This document shows, in pieces, positions 56,220 through 64,000 of a stretch of DNA of 64,000 nt. Each line of letters opens with the position of its first letter. The first letter of the stretch is position 1. The notes under the pieces were generated by a model. The model saw only the letters and a program-made list of their open reading frames with translations. It searched no databases and was not told the origin of the DNA. Source of the DNA: a virus; IMG/VR virus record IMGVR_UViG_3300028392_000041, positions 47,828-111,827 of that record. One strand, written 5' to 3'. Position numbers and translations under genes: made by a program.

Positions 56220-56369
56220 TTAGTCGTCTTCTTCTAAGTCCTCTTCTTCGAAAATGTCACCAGAACATACAGGACAGTACACAATATCTTCCAAGTGTGT
56301 ATCAGATCCTTTTATAATAATCTTTCCTTCAGCACCGCATTCTTCGCATTCGAAATGTTTCGTTGTCAT
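56220..56369 (-). CDS. Small Zn-ribbon protein (49 aa; not in ORF track)
   Basis: CEEC...YCPVC then acidic tail. Confidence 0.7.
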   Translation of the reverse strand: MTTKHFECEECGAEGKIIIKGSDTHLEDIVYCPVCSGDIFEEEDLEEDD

Positions 56370-56373
56370 CTTT

Positions 56374-56919
56374 TTACCTAAAATTTGGACCTTCTATCCA
56401 AAGGGATAATGTTTTTCTTACTCCCTTTGTTACGGGAGTTACTCTATGCTGTATATAAGATGGAAATATTAACACAGTTCCAGCAGTTCTCAATTCATTA
56501 ATTGGTCTTGGTTTGTTTATAAAAAACTCTAAATCTCCACCTTCATAATTTGATGATAAAGAAACAACAACTGTTAATTTACTATCTTTAGTTGGATGAG
56601 TATCCATCGCATCACCATGCCAGTCGTACTGTCCAGCATATTTAGAATCATAAACATTATAATTTATTGTATTTGTAGATCCAAAGTCATCAACATCAAA
56701 CTTAAATTCTGTTTCGTTTGTTTTTAAAACTAATATTTTTAGATTACTTAAATAATGCTGCGCTTTTGGCCAAGGTATAAGTTTTGTGTTTGCGCTTTTT
56801 GTAACATTGGCAGGAACATCAATAAGTTGTGGATGGGCATCTCTGTCTAGGTATTGACATATCTTCAAACATTCTTCTTCAGTAAAAAAAGATGTAAAAC
56901 ATATTGCTTCTTTTCTCAT
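56374..56919 (-). CDS. 2OG-Fe(II) oxygenase (PKHD-like)
   Basis: YDWHGD, KLT, YEGGDL, FPS...HRVTPVTKG.R. Confidence 0.88.
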   Translation of the reverse strand: MRKEAICFTSFFTEEECLKICQYLDRDAHPQLIDVPANVTKSANTKLIPWPKAQHYLSNLKILVLKTNETEFKFDVDDFGSTNTINYNVYDSKYAGQYDWHGDAMDTHPTKDSKLTVVVSLSSNYEGGDLEFFINKPRPINELRTAGTVLIFPSYIQHRVTPVTKGVRKTLSLWIEGPNFR

Positions 56920-57528
56920 TTAAATTCCCGAATCAAATAGTATATTACCAGCAATTGAAATTCTAACATCATCTGATGTATAAAATGGATAAACACAATG
57001 AATTAAAGAAGCAGGAAACATAATCATTGTTCCTTCCATTTCTTTAGTAAATTTAATTGAGTCGATTAAAGGTGTTCCGATTATTGATTGATATACAAAC
57101 TGAAATGTTCCTGCAGTGCCACCATTTGGATTTTCAATTTTATGTTCATATGGTATATTTACCCAAACAACATAAGCTGCGATTCCACTGTGGAAATGAT
57201 TTGGAATAAATTCATGTTTATTTTGTAAATTTACCCATGTACTGCCATTAACAACTTCAAGTTTTTTACTATTAAGTTGTGATGCGTTTGTTACATTAAA
57301 ATAAGAATCGTATTGATTAAACATATTAACAGCATAACCATCTAATTCTTTTTTATTTTGTTCAAGCGGATAATGTTTAGCAACTCCATTGCCAGTTAAT
57401 CCAGAAATAAATTCCTGTTTATTTGAACTTTTTATTTCTTCACATTCTGTTTTTAATTTAGAGAACAACTCTTGTGGAAGTTTTTCTTTAACAAAACCAA
57501 AATTATTTAATGTATTAAATTCTATCAC
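56920..57528 (-). CDS. Putative 2OG-Fe(II) oxygenase
   Basis: WVN.Q...EF.PNHFH.G, FPA.L.H.VYPF...RISIAGN. Confidence 0.82.
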   Translation of the reverse strand: MIEFNTLNNFGFVKEKLPQELFSKLKTECEEIKSSNKQEFISGLTGNGVAKHYPLEQNKKELDGYAVNMFNQYDSYFNVTNASQLNSKKLEVVNGSTWVNLQNKHEFIPNHFHSGIAAYVVWVNIPYEHKIENPNGGTAGTFQFVYQSIIGTPLIDSIKFTKEMEGTMIMFPASLIHCVYPFYTSDDVRISIAGNILFDSGI

Positions 57529-58517
57529 GCAGCCTTACCCCAAACATCTCCCCAGTCTCCAGACAATGCGCCTTTGGCATAGTCAGTCACACGATTCTCA
57601 AAGAAGTTGCCGTGTACTGGTGCGTTAATCATTTCCTCAACCCATGGTAGTGGGTTCTTCTTTACCTTAAAGATTCCCTTCATGCCAAGAGAGATAAGAC
57701 GACGATCGGCAATATAACGAATGTATTGTTTAACATCAGCTGCAGATAATTCTCTCATATCAGCACCTTGATAGCAAAGATCAATAAACTTATCTTCTAA
57801 TTCTACCATGCGTTCAGCGATTGTGTAGATTTTACCTTTTAGTTCATCGTTCCAAATTTCATTGTTTTCTTTTACATATTCTTTAAATAAACGAATCATC
57901 GACTCAGCATGCATTGTTTCATCAACAATTGACCAAGTAACAATTTGACCCATACCTTTCATTAATCCGTGACGAGGAAAATTAAGCAACATGATAAAAG
58001 AACTAAAAAGCTGCATCCCTTCAGTAAAGGCACTGAAAACAGCAATATGCTCAGCAGTGCTAGCGATAGTACCATTCCTGCTAGAAAGATCAAGTACATA
58101 GTCATGTTTATCCTTCATCTCTTGGTATTCCAAGAATTGATTGTAAGTAGATTCTGGTAAACCCAGCGTTTCAATCAGATGAGAATATGCAGCAATGTGT
58201 AATGCTTCACGAGCTGCGAATCCCATCAACATCATACGAACTTCAGGCTGAGGGAAATAAGGTAGATAATTGTTAACATAGCCACCAGCAACATCAATAT
58301 CACCTTGGGTAAAGAATCTAAAGATGTTTGTGAGGAATAATTTTTCTTCATTTGTTAATTTCTTTTTCCAATCTTTTACATCTTCTGCCATTGGTACTTC
58401 TGAGTGTAACCAGTGCGCTTGTTCATGTTTCAACCAAGCATCATATGCCCATGGGTAGTTAAATGGTTTAAAGTGATTGCGTGTATCAGTTAGTCTTGTT
58501 TTTGTTTTAGTTATCAT
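57525..58517 (-). CDS. nrdB: Ribonucleotide reductase class Ia beta
   Basis: EALHIAAY, FTEG.QLFSSF, DETMH, NFFE.RVTDY. Confidence 0.95.
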   Translation of the reverse strand: MITKTKTRLTDTRNHFKPFNYPWAYDAWLKHEQAHWLHSEVPMAEDVKDWKKKLTNEEKLFLTNIFRFFTQGDIDVAGGYVNNYLPYFPQPEVRMMLMGFAAREALHIAAYSHLIETLGLPESTYNQFLEYQEMKDKHDYVLDLSSRNGTIASTAEHIAVFSAFTEGMQLFSSFIMLLNFPRHGLMKGMGQIVTWSIVDETMHAESMIRLFKEYVKENNEIWNDELKGKIYTIAERMVELEDKFIDLCYQGADMRELSAADVKQYIRYIADRRLISLGMKGIFKVKKNPLPWVEEMINAPVHGNFFENRVTDYAKGALSGDWGDVWGKAA

Positions 58518-58521
58518 TTTT

Positions 58522-60312
58522 TTATCCCTCGCATGCCAAACATTCATTGCCTTCCGTCAGGTCATGCAAATTGATTTCTTTAATAATTTCACGCTCAATA
58601 CGCTTAGAAACTTTATCAGCTTTAGCAATCTTATCGCTACGACAATAGTAAAGAGTCTTCAGCTTTTGTTTCCATGCCATGAAGTGAACAGCGTGTATGT
58701 ATTTAATGTGGCTGTCGGGTCGAAAGAAAAGATTGACTGATTGGGCTTGGTCAATGAATTCTTGTCTGTCAGAAGCATGTTGGATGAGCCATCGTTGGTC
58801 AATTTCCATACTTGTTTTGAATACATCTCTTGTCCATTCGTCCAAGGATTCCATATGTTGTACGGATCCGTCATTGGCAATGATACTGGACCAAATTTCA
58901 TTATATTCACTTTCATCTTTCGCTTTATCCTTAATAATTTTATCGAGATAACGATTCTTGTTTAGGTGAGAACCCGATAGAGTATCCTGGCGATAAGCAT
59001 TGGCACGATAAGGTTCAATAGAAGGACTAGTATTGCCCATAAGAATGGAAGAAGAAGCATTGGGAGCAATAGCCATAAGATGACTAAACCTATTCCCAGT
59101 ACCCACTGCATCAGGTGCTTCACCCCTCTCCAATCCAAGTTGTTTATTAGCGACATCTAATTTCTCTCTTATAGTTTTAAAGATGTTTTTATTTCTACCA
59201 ACTGCTAATGATGATTCCCACGGCAAGTTGTTTCGTTGTAGATAAGCATGCCAACCCAAAGCACCGATGCCAATGCTGCGCTCACGACTGGCAGAATACC
59301 TTGCACGCTCAATGGAGGTAGGCGCATTAGAAATAAAATACTCCAAAACATTGTCGAGCATTTCAGCAATATCACGAAGGAAGTCAGGATGGTCTTTCCA
59401 CTCATCATAGTACTCCAAGTTTAGTGAGGATAAACAACAAACAGCAGTGCGTTTTTCATTTGTTGGTAAAATAATTTCTGAACAAAGATTTGATTGATTA
59501 ATTTTTAGACCAAGATCTTTAAGATGCTGTGGCATCTTGCGATTAGATTCATCAATAAAGTGTAGGTATGGCTCACCAGTCATCATACGCATCTCAAGCA
59601 GTTTCTGCCAGAGTTCTTTTGCTGATACTGTCTCACGAACTTCTTTAGATGCTGGGTCAACAAGTGGCCAAGAGTCGTCAAAGTTTGGATCAATCATTGA
59701 CTGTTCAATAATTTCCATAAAACGATCAGGAATATTAATTCCATGATGCATATTCAGAGTGCGCATATTTTGATCGCCTGTCGGCTTGCGCATCTCTAGA
59801 AAATTTATAATATCTGGGTGATCAATAGATAAGTAAGCAGCATAACTACCACGACGGGTGCGACCTTGACGATATGCCAAACTAGATGCGTCATATATTT
59901 TGAGGTGAGGCATAACGCCAGTACTTTTATCATCAGCCGAACGAATACCAAAGCCAATCCCAACACCACCGCCCAACATACTAAGCCAATTTGTTTCAGA
60001 TAGATTATCAACTAGACCCTCCGCTGTATCTTCAATATAATTAAGGAAACATGATATAGGCAAGCCACGCTTACTACGACCAAAACTGAGAATGGGAGTA
60101 GAATAACTGAGCCAATGTTTACTACTGTATTCATATAATCGTTGCGCATGTTCAGGGTTGCTCCCAAATGTTTTAGACACAAAGGCAAATCGCTCTTGCG
60201 GACTTACCTCATCATCCTTCATGTAACTTTCTTTTAATCTTATTTTTCCTAACTCGTCGAATAAACTATCTCGTGTGTAATCAACCTGAATGCCATGCAC
60301 TTCGTCTGCCAT
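58522..60312 (-). CDS. nrdA: Ribonucleotide reductase class Ia alpha (no ATP cone)
   Basis: PISCF, SNLCSEI, APNASSS, TLYYCR, C-terminal CLACEG. Confidence 0.95.
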   Translation of the reverse strand: MADEVHGIQVDYTRDSLFDELGKIRLKESYMKDDEVSPQERFAFVSKTFGSNPEHAQRLYEYSSKHWLSYSTPILSFGRSKRGLPISCFLNYIEDTAEGLVDNLSETNWLSMLGGGVGIGFGIRSADDKSTGVMPHLKIYDASSLAYRQGRTRRGSYAAYLSIDHPDIINFLEMRKPTGDQNMRTLNMHHGINIPDRFMEIIEQSMIDPNFDDSWPLVDPASKEVRETVSAKELWQKLLEMRMMTGEPYLHFIDESNRKMPQHLKDLGLKINQSNLCSEIILPTNEKRTAVCCLSSLNLEYYDEWKDHPDFLRDIAEMLDNVLEYFISNAPTSIERARYSASRERSIGIGALGWHAYLQRNNLPWESSLAVGRNKNIFKTIREKLDVANKQLGLERGEAPDAVGTGNRFSHLMAIAPNASSSILMGNTSPSIEPYRANAYRQDTLSGSHLNKNRYLDKIIKDKAKDESEYNEIWSSIIANDGSVQHMESLDEWTRDVFKTSMEIDQRWLIQHASDRQEFIDQAQSVNLFFRPDSHIKYIHAVHFMAWKQKLKTLYYCRSDKIAKADKVSKRIEREIIKEINLHDLTEGNECLACEG

Positions 60313-60335
60313 TTAATACTCCAATTATATTCTTG

Positions 60336-60998
60336 TTATTCTACAAACTCAGTAGTCATTGGAAACACTTCGGCAATAACCTTGGCACATTCCTTTGCTA
60401 CTAACTGATGTTCCTTTTGAGTGCCATTAGCACTGCGTAATTCTATAAAGTGAATCCAACTTCTTAAAGTTCCATTCATATATAAGCGAGAAACAGTTAG
60501 TCCTTCTGGTAGAACTGCTCTTGCTTGTTCCTTCGCGATCCCATTTTGAATTGCCCACTCATAGGCACTCTTGGCAGACTCTAATACTTTTTCCTGCTGT
60601 GTTTCCCAAAACGCTTGAAGTGCGAGATTCTCTGTCTCGATGCTGTTTTGTCTATTTTTAGGATCTTGAAGTCTTGCTTCTCGTAGTACAAAATCTAATT
60701 CCTTTGTTGGATCAGCGTAACGCTGACTAAACTCTTGAAAAGAAAACGAACGATGGCGCAAGATCTGCCTTGCTATATCGCGAGTAGTTTCAATCTCTAA
60801 ACACATAGAAACCATCTCCAATGGTGACCAGTGTTTATTCTTAATTAAATAACGAATTAACTTCTCTGATGTATCTGTGTTGTTTTGATTACTAGGATTA
60901 GAAACTCTTGCGCAAAAGGCAATTAAATCCGTAGTGTTTTGTTCTGGCTCGCATGATTTAGAATAACCAATTAACTTTACTTTCAACATTTTCTCCAT
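60336..60998 (-). CDS. thyX: Flavin-dependent thymidylate synthase
   Basis: HWSPLE, RHRSFSFQEFSQRY, EQARAVLP. Confidence 0.95.
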   Translation of the reverse strand: MEKMLKVKLIGYSKSCEPEQNTTDLIAFCARVSNPSNQNNTDTSEKLIRYLIKNKHWSPLEMVSMCLEIETTRDIARQILRHRSFSFQEFSQRYADPTKELDFVLREARLQDPKNRQNSIETENLALQAFWETQQEKVLESAKSAYEWAIQNGIAKEQARAVLPEGLTVSRLYMNGTLRSWIHFIELRSANGTQKEHQLVAKECAKVIAEVFPMTTEFVE

Positions 60999-62002
60999 TC
61001 TGTGAATCTTAACTTCGCTTCCATGCCAGTGAAGGTATTTCTATTTATGAGATCTAGAATTTGAGCAGGAGTTCTTCCTGATAAAATCATTTCATTAATA
61101 TCTTTCTCTACCACAGTATCTGGATACATAACTACATTATACCCCTTGTCAATGTACTTAGCAAGTTGCTTTGTAATCTCTTTGCTTCGGGGTTCATTAT
61201 CCATTACGATCGTTGCATTAGTAAGCAACTGCCTAATAGTAGGGGTATCAAAACTGCTTCCTGATACAGCGATTGCGTTCGGAAGAAAAAGAGAGTCAAT
61301 CGGTCCCTCAACAACAAATATTCGTTTAGAATAATCAATTCTTTCAAGTCCATATATTTTCTCCTCATTCTCATCAATCTTGATGGTATAATACTTAGGT
61401 TCTTCCTTACCGAATGCCCTACCTTGAAACGCAATTACTTTACCATGCGAATTAAAGTAAGGGATGACTAACCTTGGATGCTCATCATTAATAGGTTCAG
61501 GAAACTTTGGTGTTATGCTATTAACATATGCCTTAAACTTCGGTGAGAAGTAAAGCAGGTTCCACTTATCCTTGGGTATATTTCGATTAGCAACATACTG
61601 TACTGCAGGGTGGTCGTCTCTCATTCTATCGATGCGAGATAGTTCATCAAGAACTGAGTCATCAAGATCTAACTCAACTGTCGGTGGAAGTACTTCAGCA
61701 ATGTCTTTGTGGTCATTATATCTTGTTGCGCCATTTTTATATCGCTCAACAACATACTCATCATATAGGTTTGAATCAATATACTTTATTAGATTGCCAA
61801 TGTTTGTGCTGTATCCGCACTTATGACACTTCACAAGTAAGTCTTGTTTAAATTTGTAGATGTATCCTCTTGCTTTACGAGGATTCTTTTTAGAATCACC
61901 ACAGATGGGGCAACTGTAGTTCCAAAGATAGTCGTTCTTCTTTGCAAAGTTGCGCAATCTCGTGCCTAACAAAGATGCGTATTTCATGTCAATATGTAGC
62001 AT
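60983..62002 (-). CDS. gp61: DNA primase gp61
   Basis: CPICGDS...CHKCG, FQGR, VEGPIDS, DNEPR, KDIN. Confidence 0.95.
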   Translation of the reverse strand: MLHIDMKYASLLGTRLRNFAKKNDYLWNYSCPICGDSKKNPRKARGYIYKFKQDLLVKCHKCGYSTNIGNLIKYIDSNLYDEYVVERYKNGATRYNDHKDIAEVLPPTVELDLDDSVLDELSRIDRMRDDHPAVQYVANRNIPKDKWNLLYFSPKFKAYVNSITPKFPEPINDEHPRLVIPYFNSHGKVIAFQGRAFGKEEPKYYTIKIDENEEKIYGLERIDYSKRIFVVEGPIDSLFLPNAIAVSGSSFDTPTIRQLLTNATIVMDNEPRSKEITKQLAKYIDKGYNVVMYPDTVVEKDINEMILSGRTPAQILDLINRNTFTGMEAKLRFTEWRKC

Positions 62003-62030
62003 AATATAATTATACCTTAAAACAAATAAA

Positions 62031-62056
62031 AAAGCAAGCCCAAGAGCTTGCTTTTG
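62031..62056 (-). terminator. Intrinsic terminator overlapping primase promoter
   Basis: AAAAGCAAGC-N6-GCTTGCTTTT. Confidence 0.7.
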
Positions 62057-62071
62057 CGAAGCGATTACAGC

Positions 62072-62398
62072 TTACTTCAAAAATTTAGCAAAGAAATCTA
62101 GGTGACCCATTAGGTAACCAACAACGATTGCACCACCGACAATCATCCACTTCCAGCGTTCAAGAAGATCAATCCTGCTACCAAGACCATCGATTTTCTT
62201 GCTCATTACTGCATGTTGTTCTTCATCACTTTTTGCCAAGTCGTCAATCTTGCGATCGATGTGATCGGTGATCTCACGATTACCCGTGGTAATACGAGAA
62301 TGGAGTTCTTTGATGTCTTGTTTCACGGCAGCAACATCTTCCTTAATGCCTTCTACTTGTGCTTCCAATTTAGCAATCCTCTCAATATCTATTGCCAT
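62072..62398 (-). CDS. Coiled-coil protein with C-terminal TM
   Basis: Heptad pattern then LERWKWMIVGGAIV. Confidence 0.65.
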   Translation of the reverse strand: MAIDIERIAKLEAQVEGIKEDVAAVKQDIKELHSRITTGNREITDHIDRKIDDLAKSDEEQHAVMSKKIDGLGSRIDLLERWKWMIVGGAIVVGYLMGHLDFFAKFLK

Positions 62399-62399
62399 T

Positions 62400-62663
62400 T
62401 TATTTTACACTCTCAAATATTTGTTTTTGTGAATTATACCATTCAATCCAAGTATCAACTTTGGCTTTACATTCATGGTATTCCGAATAGTTTTCCGTCA
62501 CAATTTTCAATACTTCGCTCAACTTTGTTGTTGGTTCAGTTTGTTTTAAATCAGCACATACCGTAATGAGTTCTTTTGGAACCTCAGGGAAATTTCTTTT
62601 AACTGGCGCAGTCCCAGCGCATCCAGTCAATACTAACATACTTATGAGTAGGAGTTTTTTCAT
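62400..62663 (-). CDS. o-spanin (Rz1-like lipoprotein)
   Basis: LTGC lipobox, FP.VP..L...C, NY..YHEC. Confidence 0.75.
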   Translation of the reverse strand: MKKLLLISMLVLTGCAGTAPVKRNFPEVPKELITVCADLKQTEPTTKLSEVLKIVTENYSEYHECKAKVDTWIEWYNSQKQIFESVK

Positions 62664-63103
62664 TTCTTAACTCCCTTTGCTGCATCATTAAGAATGTCCA
62701 ATGCTTCTGGAATTACTTCACATTTTGCATCCATTTTTGCAGCTACTTCGACAATTTGTTTTTCAATTACTATTTGTTTTTCTTTAACAACTTTAACTCT
62801 ATCAACATAGACAGTTTTAATTTGTGTATTTGTATTCTTAGAATCGACTTCAGCTTTGGCAACTTTAGTTTCTAACTGAGAAACTTTATCACGCCAAGCC
62901 ATTTCAGTGGAGTATCCGCCATAAAAATAAACACCAGCAACTGCTATCAGTGTTCCAAGTATTCTTACTGGTTCACGATAAGGTATTGCTGGTGGCAATA
63001 AATTCAAAAAGAATGATGCAATGTATAATCCAACCCCTGCGAGCATAATAGCATAAACAGCAAGATGCAAAATTGCATCAGGAACAAAGGATAACATCCA
63101 CAT
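62660..63103 (-). CDS. i-spanin (Rz-like)
   Basis: N-terminal TMs then coiled coil; directly upstream of lipoprotein. Confidence 0.7.
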   Translation of the reverse strand: MWMLSFVPDAILHLAVYAIMLAGVGLYIASFFLNLLPPAIPYREPVRILGTLIAVAGVYFYGGYSTEMAWRDKVSQLETKVAKAEVDSKNTNTQIKTVYVDRVKVVKEKQIVIEKQIVEVAAKMDAKCEVIPEALDILNDAAKGVKK

Positions 63104-63654
63104 TATTTAATCTCTAAAGGTACGCTACGACGAGTCATGCCTGCGATTACGCCAGCTTGACCTTTTTGATATTTCTTAATATCTTTCTTACCAATTTTTG
63201 GTTCATTAGTTGAAACAGCAGCACCAGTTGCATTGGCAACTCCACCTTCGCCATCTTCTGCGATTTGTTTCAATACTTTTTCGAGTAGTATTTCTTCTTC
63301 AACTAAAGTAACTTTATCAAGTCTATGAACCAAATTTCTAAATTGCTGTTCAGAAACAAAAGCTGTTTTAGTTTCTACTTTTTCTTTAACGAAGTAGTAA
63401 GCAGCAACCAAATTTTTCAAATTTGATTCGCCACCTGGAAGTTTATTGATCAATCTTTTCAAATTGAAAATCAAGCGAGTAAGATAGTTGAATGCATCTT
63501 TCTCTGCTTGAGTCTTTAAATCTTTTGCGTGCTTTAACAGTTTACCCTTGGCATCTACTATACCAAGTCTGTAGGCATCTGTCTTATCAAAAGGTGTGAC
63601 TAACATATACAGCAACTTTGCTGCAATTATGTTGTCCATTAAAGCTGATGCCAT
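63103..63654 (-). CDS. T4-like phage hypothetical protein
   Basis: LVTPF.KTDAY.LGI.D..G..L, RL.FNLKR. Confidence 0.7.
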   Translation of the reverse strand: MASALMDNIIAAKLLYMLVTPFDKTDAYRLGIVDAKGKLLKHAKDLKTQAEKDAFNYLTRLIFNLKRLINKLPGGESNLKNLVAAYYFVKEKVETKTAFVSEQQFRNLVHRLDKVTLVEEEILLEKVLKQIAEDGEGGVANATGAAVSTNEPKIGKKDIKKYQKGQAGVIAGMTRRSVPLEIK

Positions 63655-64000
63655 TTATATCTTCCTTAGTGCATTAATAATATTTTCGTCAAGAGATATA
63701 TCAGAAGTCCTAATACCATACTGTGGTACTGACTCAGGCATTCTCTCAAGATAAACAAGGAATGTTACAAGAACATCCCAATACTTTTCATCAATCTTAT
63801 AAAACAACATATTAGTGGCTGCATCGCCGAATACATTGTAGAGTACTATAATGTGATTAAGGATCAACCTCTCTCGAAGTTCATCCGACTGCTTATATCT
63901 TGTAATAAGTTTCTTCAGATAAAGAAATATCCTTAGATCCTTGTCGAATTCTTCTATGTTATGACACTGCGGATTATCGTAGTGGTGCATAGCATAAACT
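63655..64000 (-). CDS. T4-like phage hypothetical protein (5' end off window)
   Basis: YDNPQC..IEEF..DL, LRERLILNHIIVLYNVFG. Confidence 0.7.
   Translation of the reverse strand, partial: VYAMHHYDNPQCHNIEEFDKDLRIFLYLKKLITRYKQSDELRERLILNHIIVLYNVFGDAATNMLFYKIDEKYWDVLVTFLVYLERMPESVPQYGIRTSDISLDENIINALRKI

Noticed and set aside
57525-60998. Introns or inteins in nrdA, nrdB, thyX
   Set aside because: All are continuous and of compact length.

Overview
This window is a 64-kb segment of a T4-like (Tevenvirinae-related) myophage. The host is most likely a betaproteobacterial methylotroph, inferred from a Methylophilaceae-type pqqA. Layout: late baseplate/packaging genes on + (gp4, gp2, gp54, holin, gp16, gp26/gp51, putative tape measure). 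The rest is almost all on the - strand: gp32/59/33, ClpP, porin, a permuted two-piece tmRNA, endolysin, PhoH, an early region of promoter-driven small ORFs, a 2OG-Fe(II) oxygenase/halogenase cluster, bS21, 28 tRNAs covering all 20 amino acids with three structured ncRNAs, rnh, ligase, plcP-agt, iscU/iscA, nrdAB, thyX, primase and spanins. Top finding: directly upstream of the tRNA array is an unannotated 41-codon leader ORF containing all 20 amino acids (32 different codons). Its 3' end forms an 18-bp antiterminator that competes with an intrinsic terminator, and an rrn-type boxA follows. This is an apparent ribosome-coupled attenuator that could sense depletion of almost any tRNA and switch on the phage's replacement tRNA set. 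Other highlights: ORFs whose stop codons lie inside tRNAs, a probable gp26-gp51 -1 frameshift, a hidden pqqA, a phage plcP-agt lipid-remodelling pair and tRNA-Thr(AGU). All calls are by eye; no searches were run.
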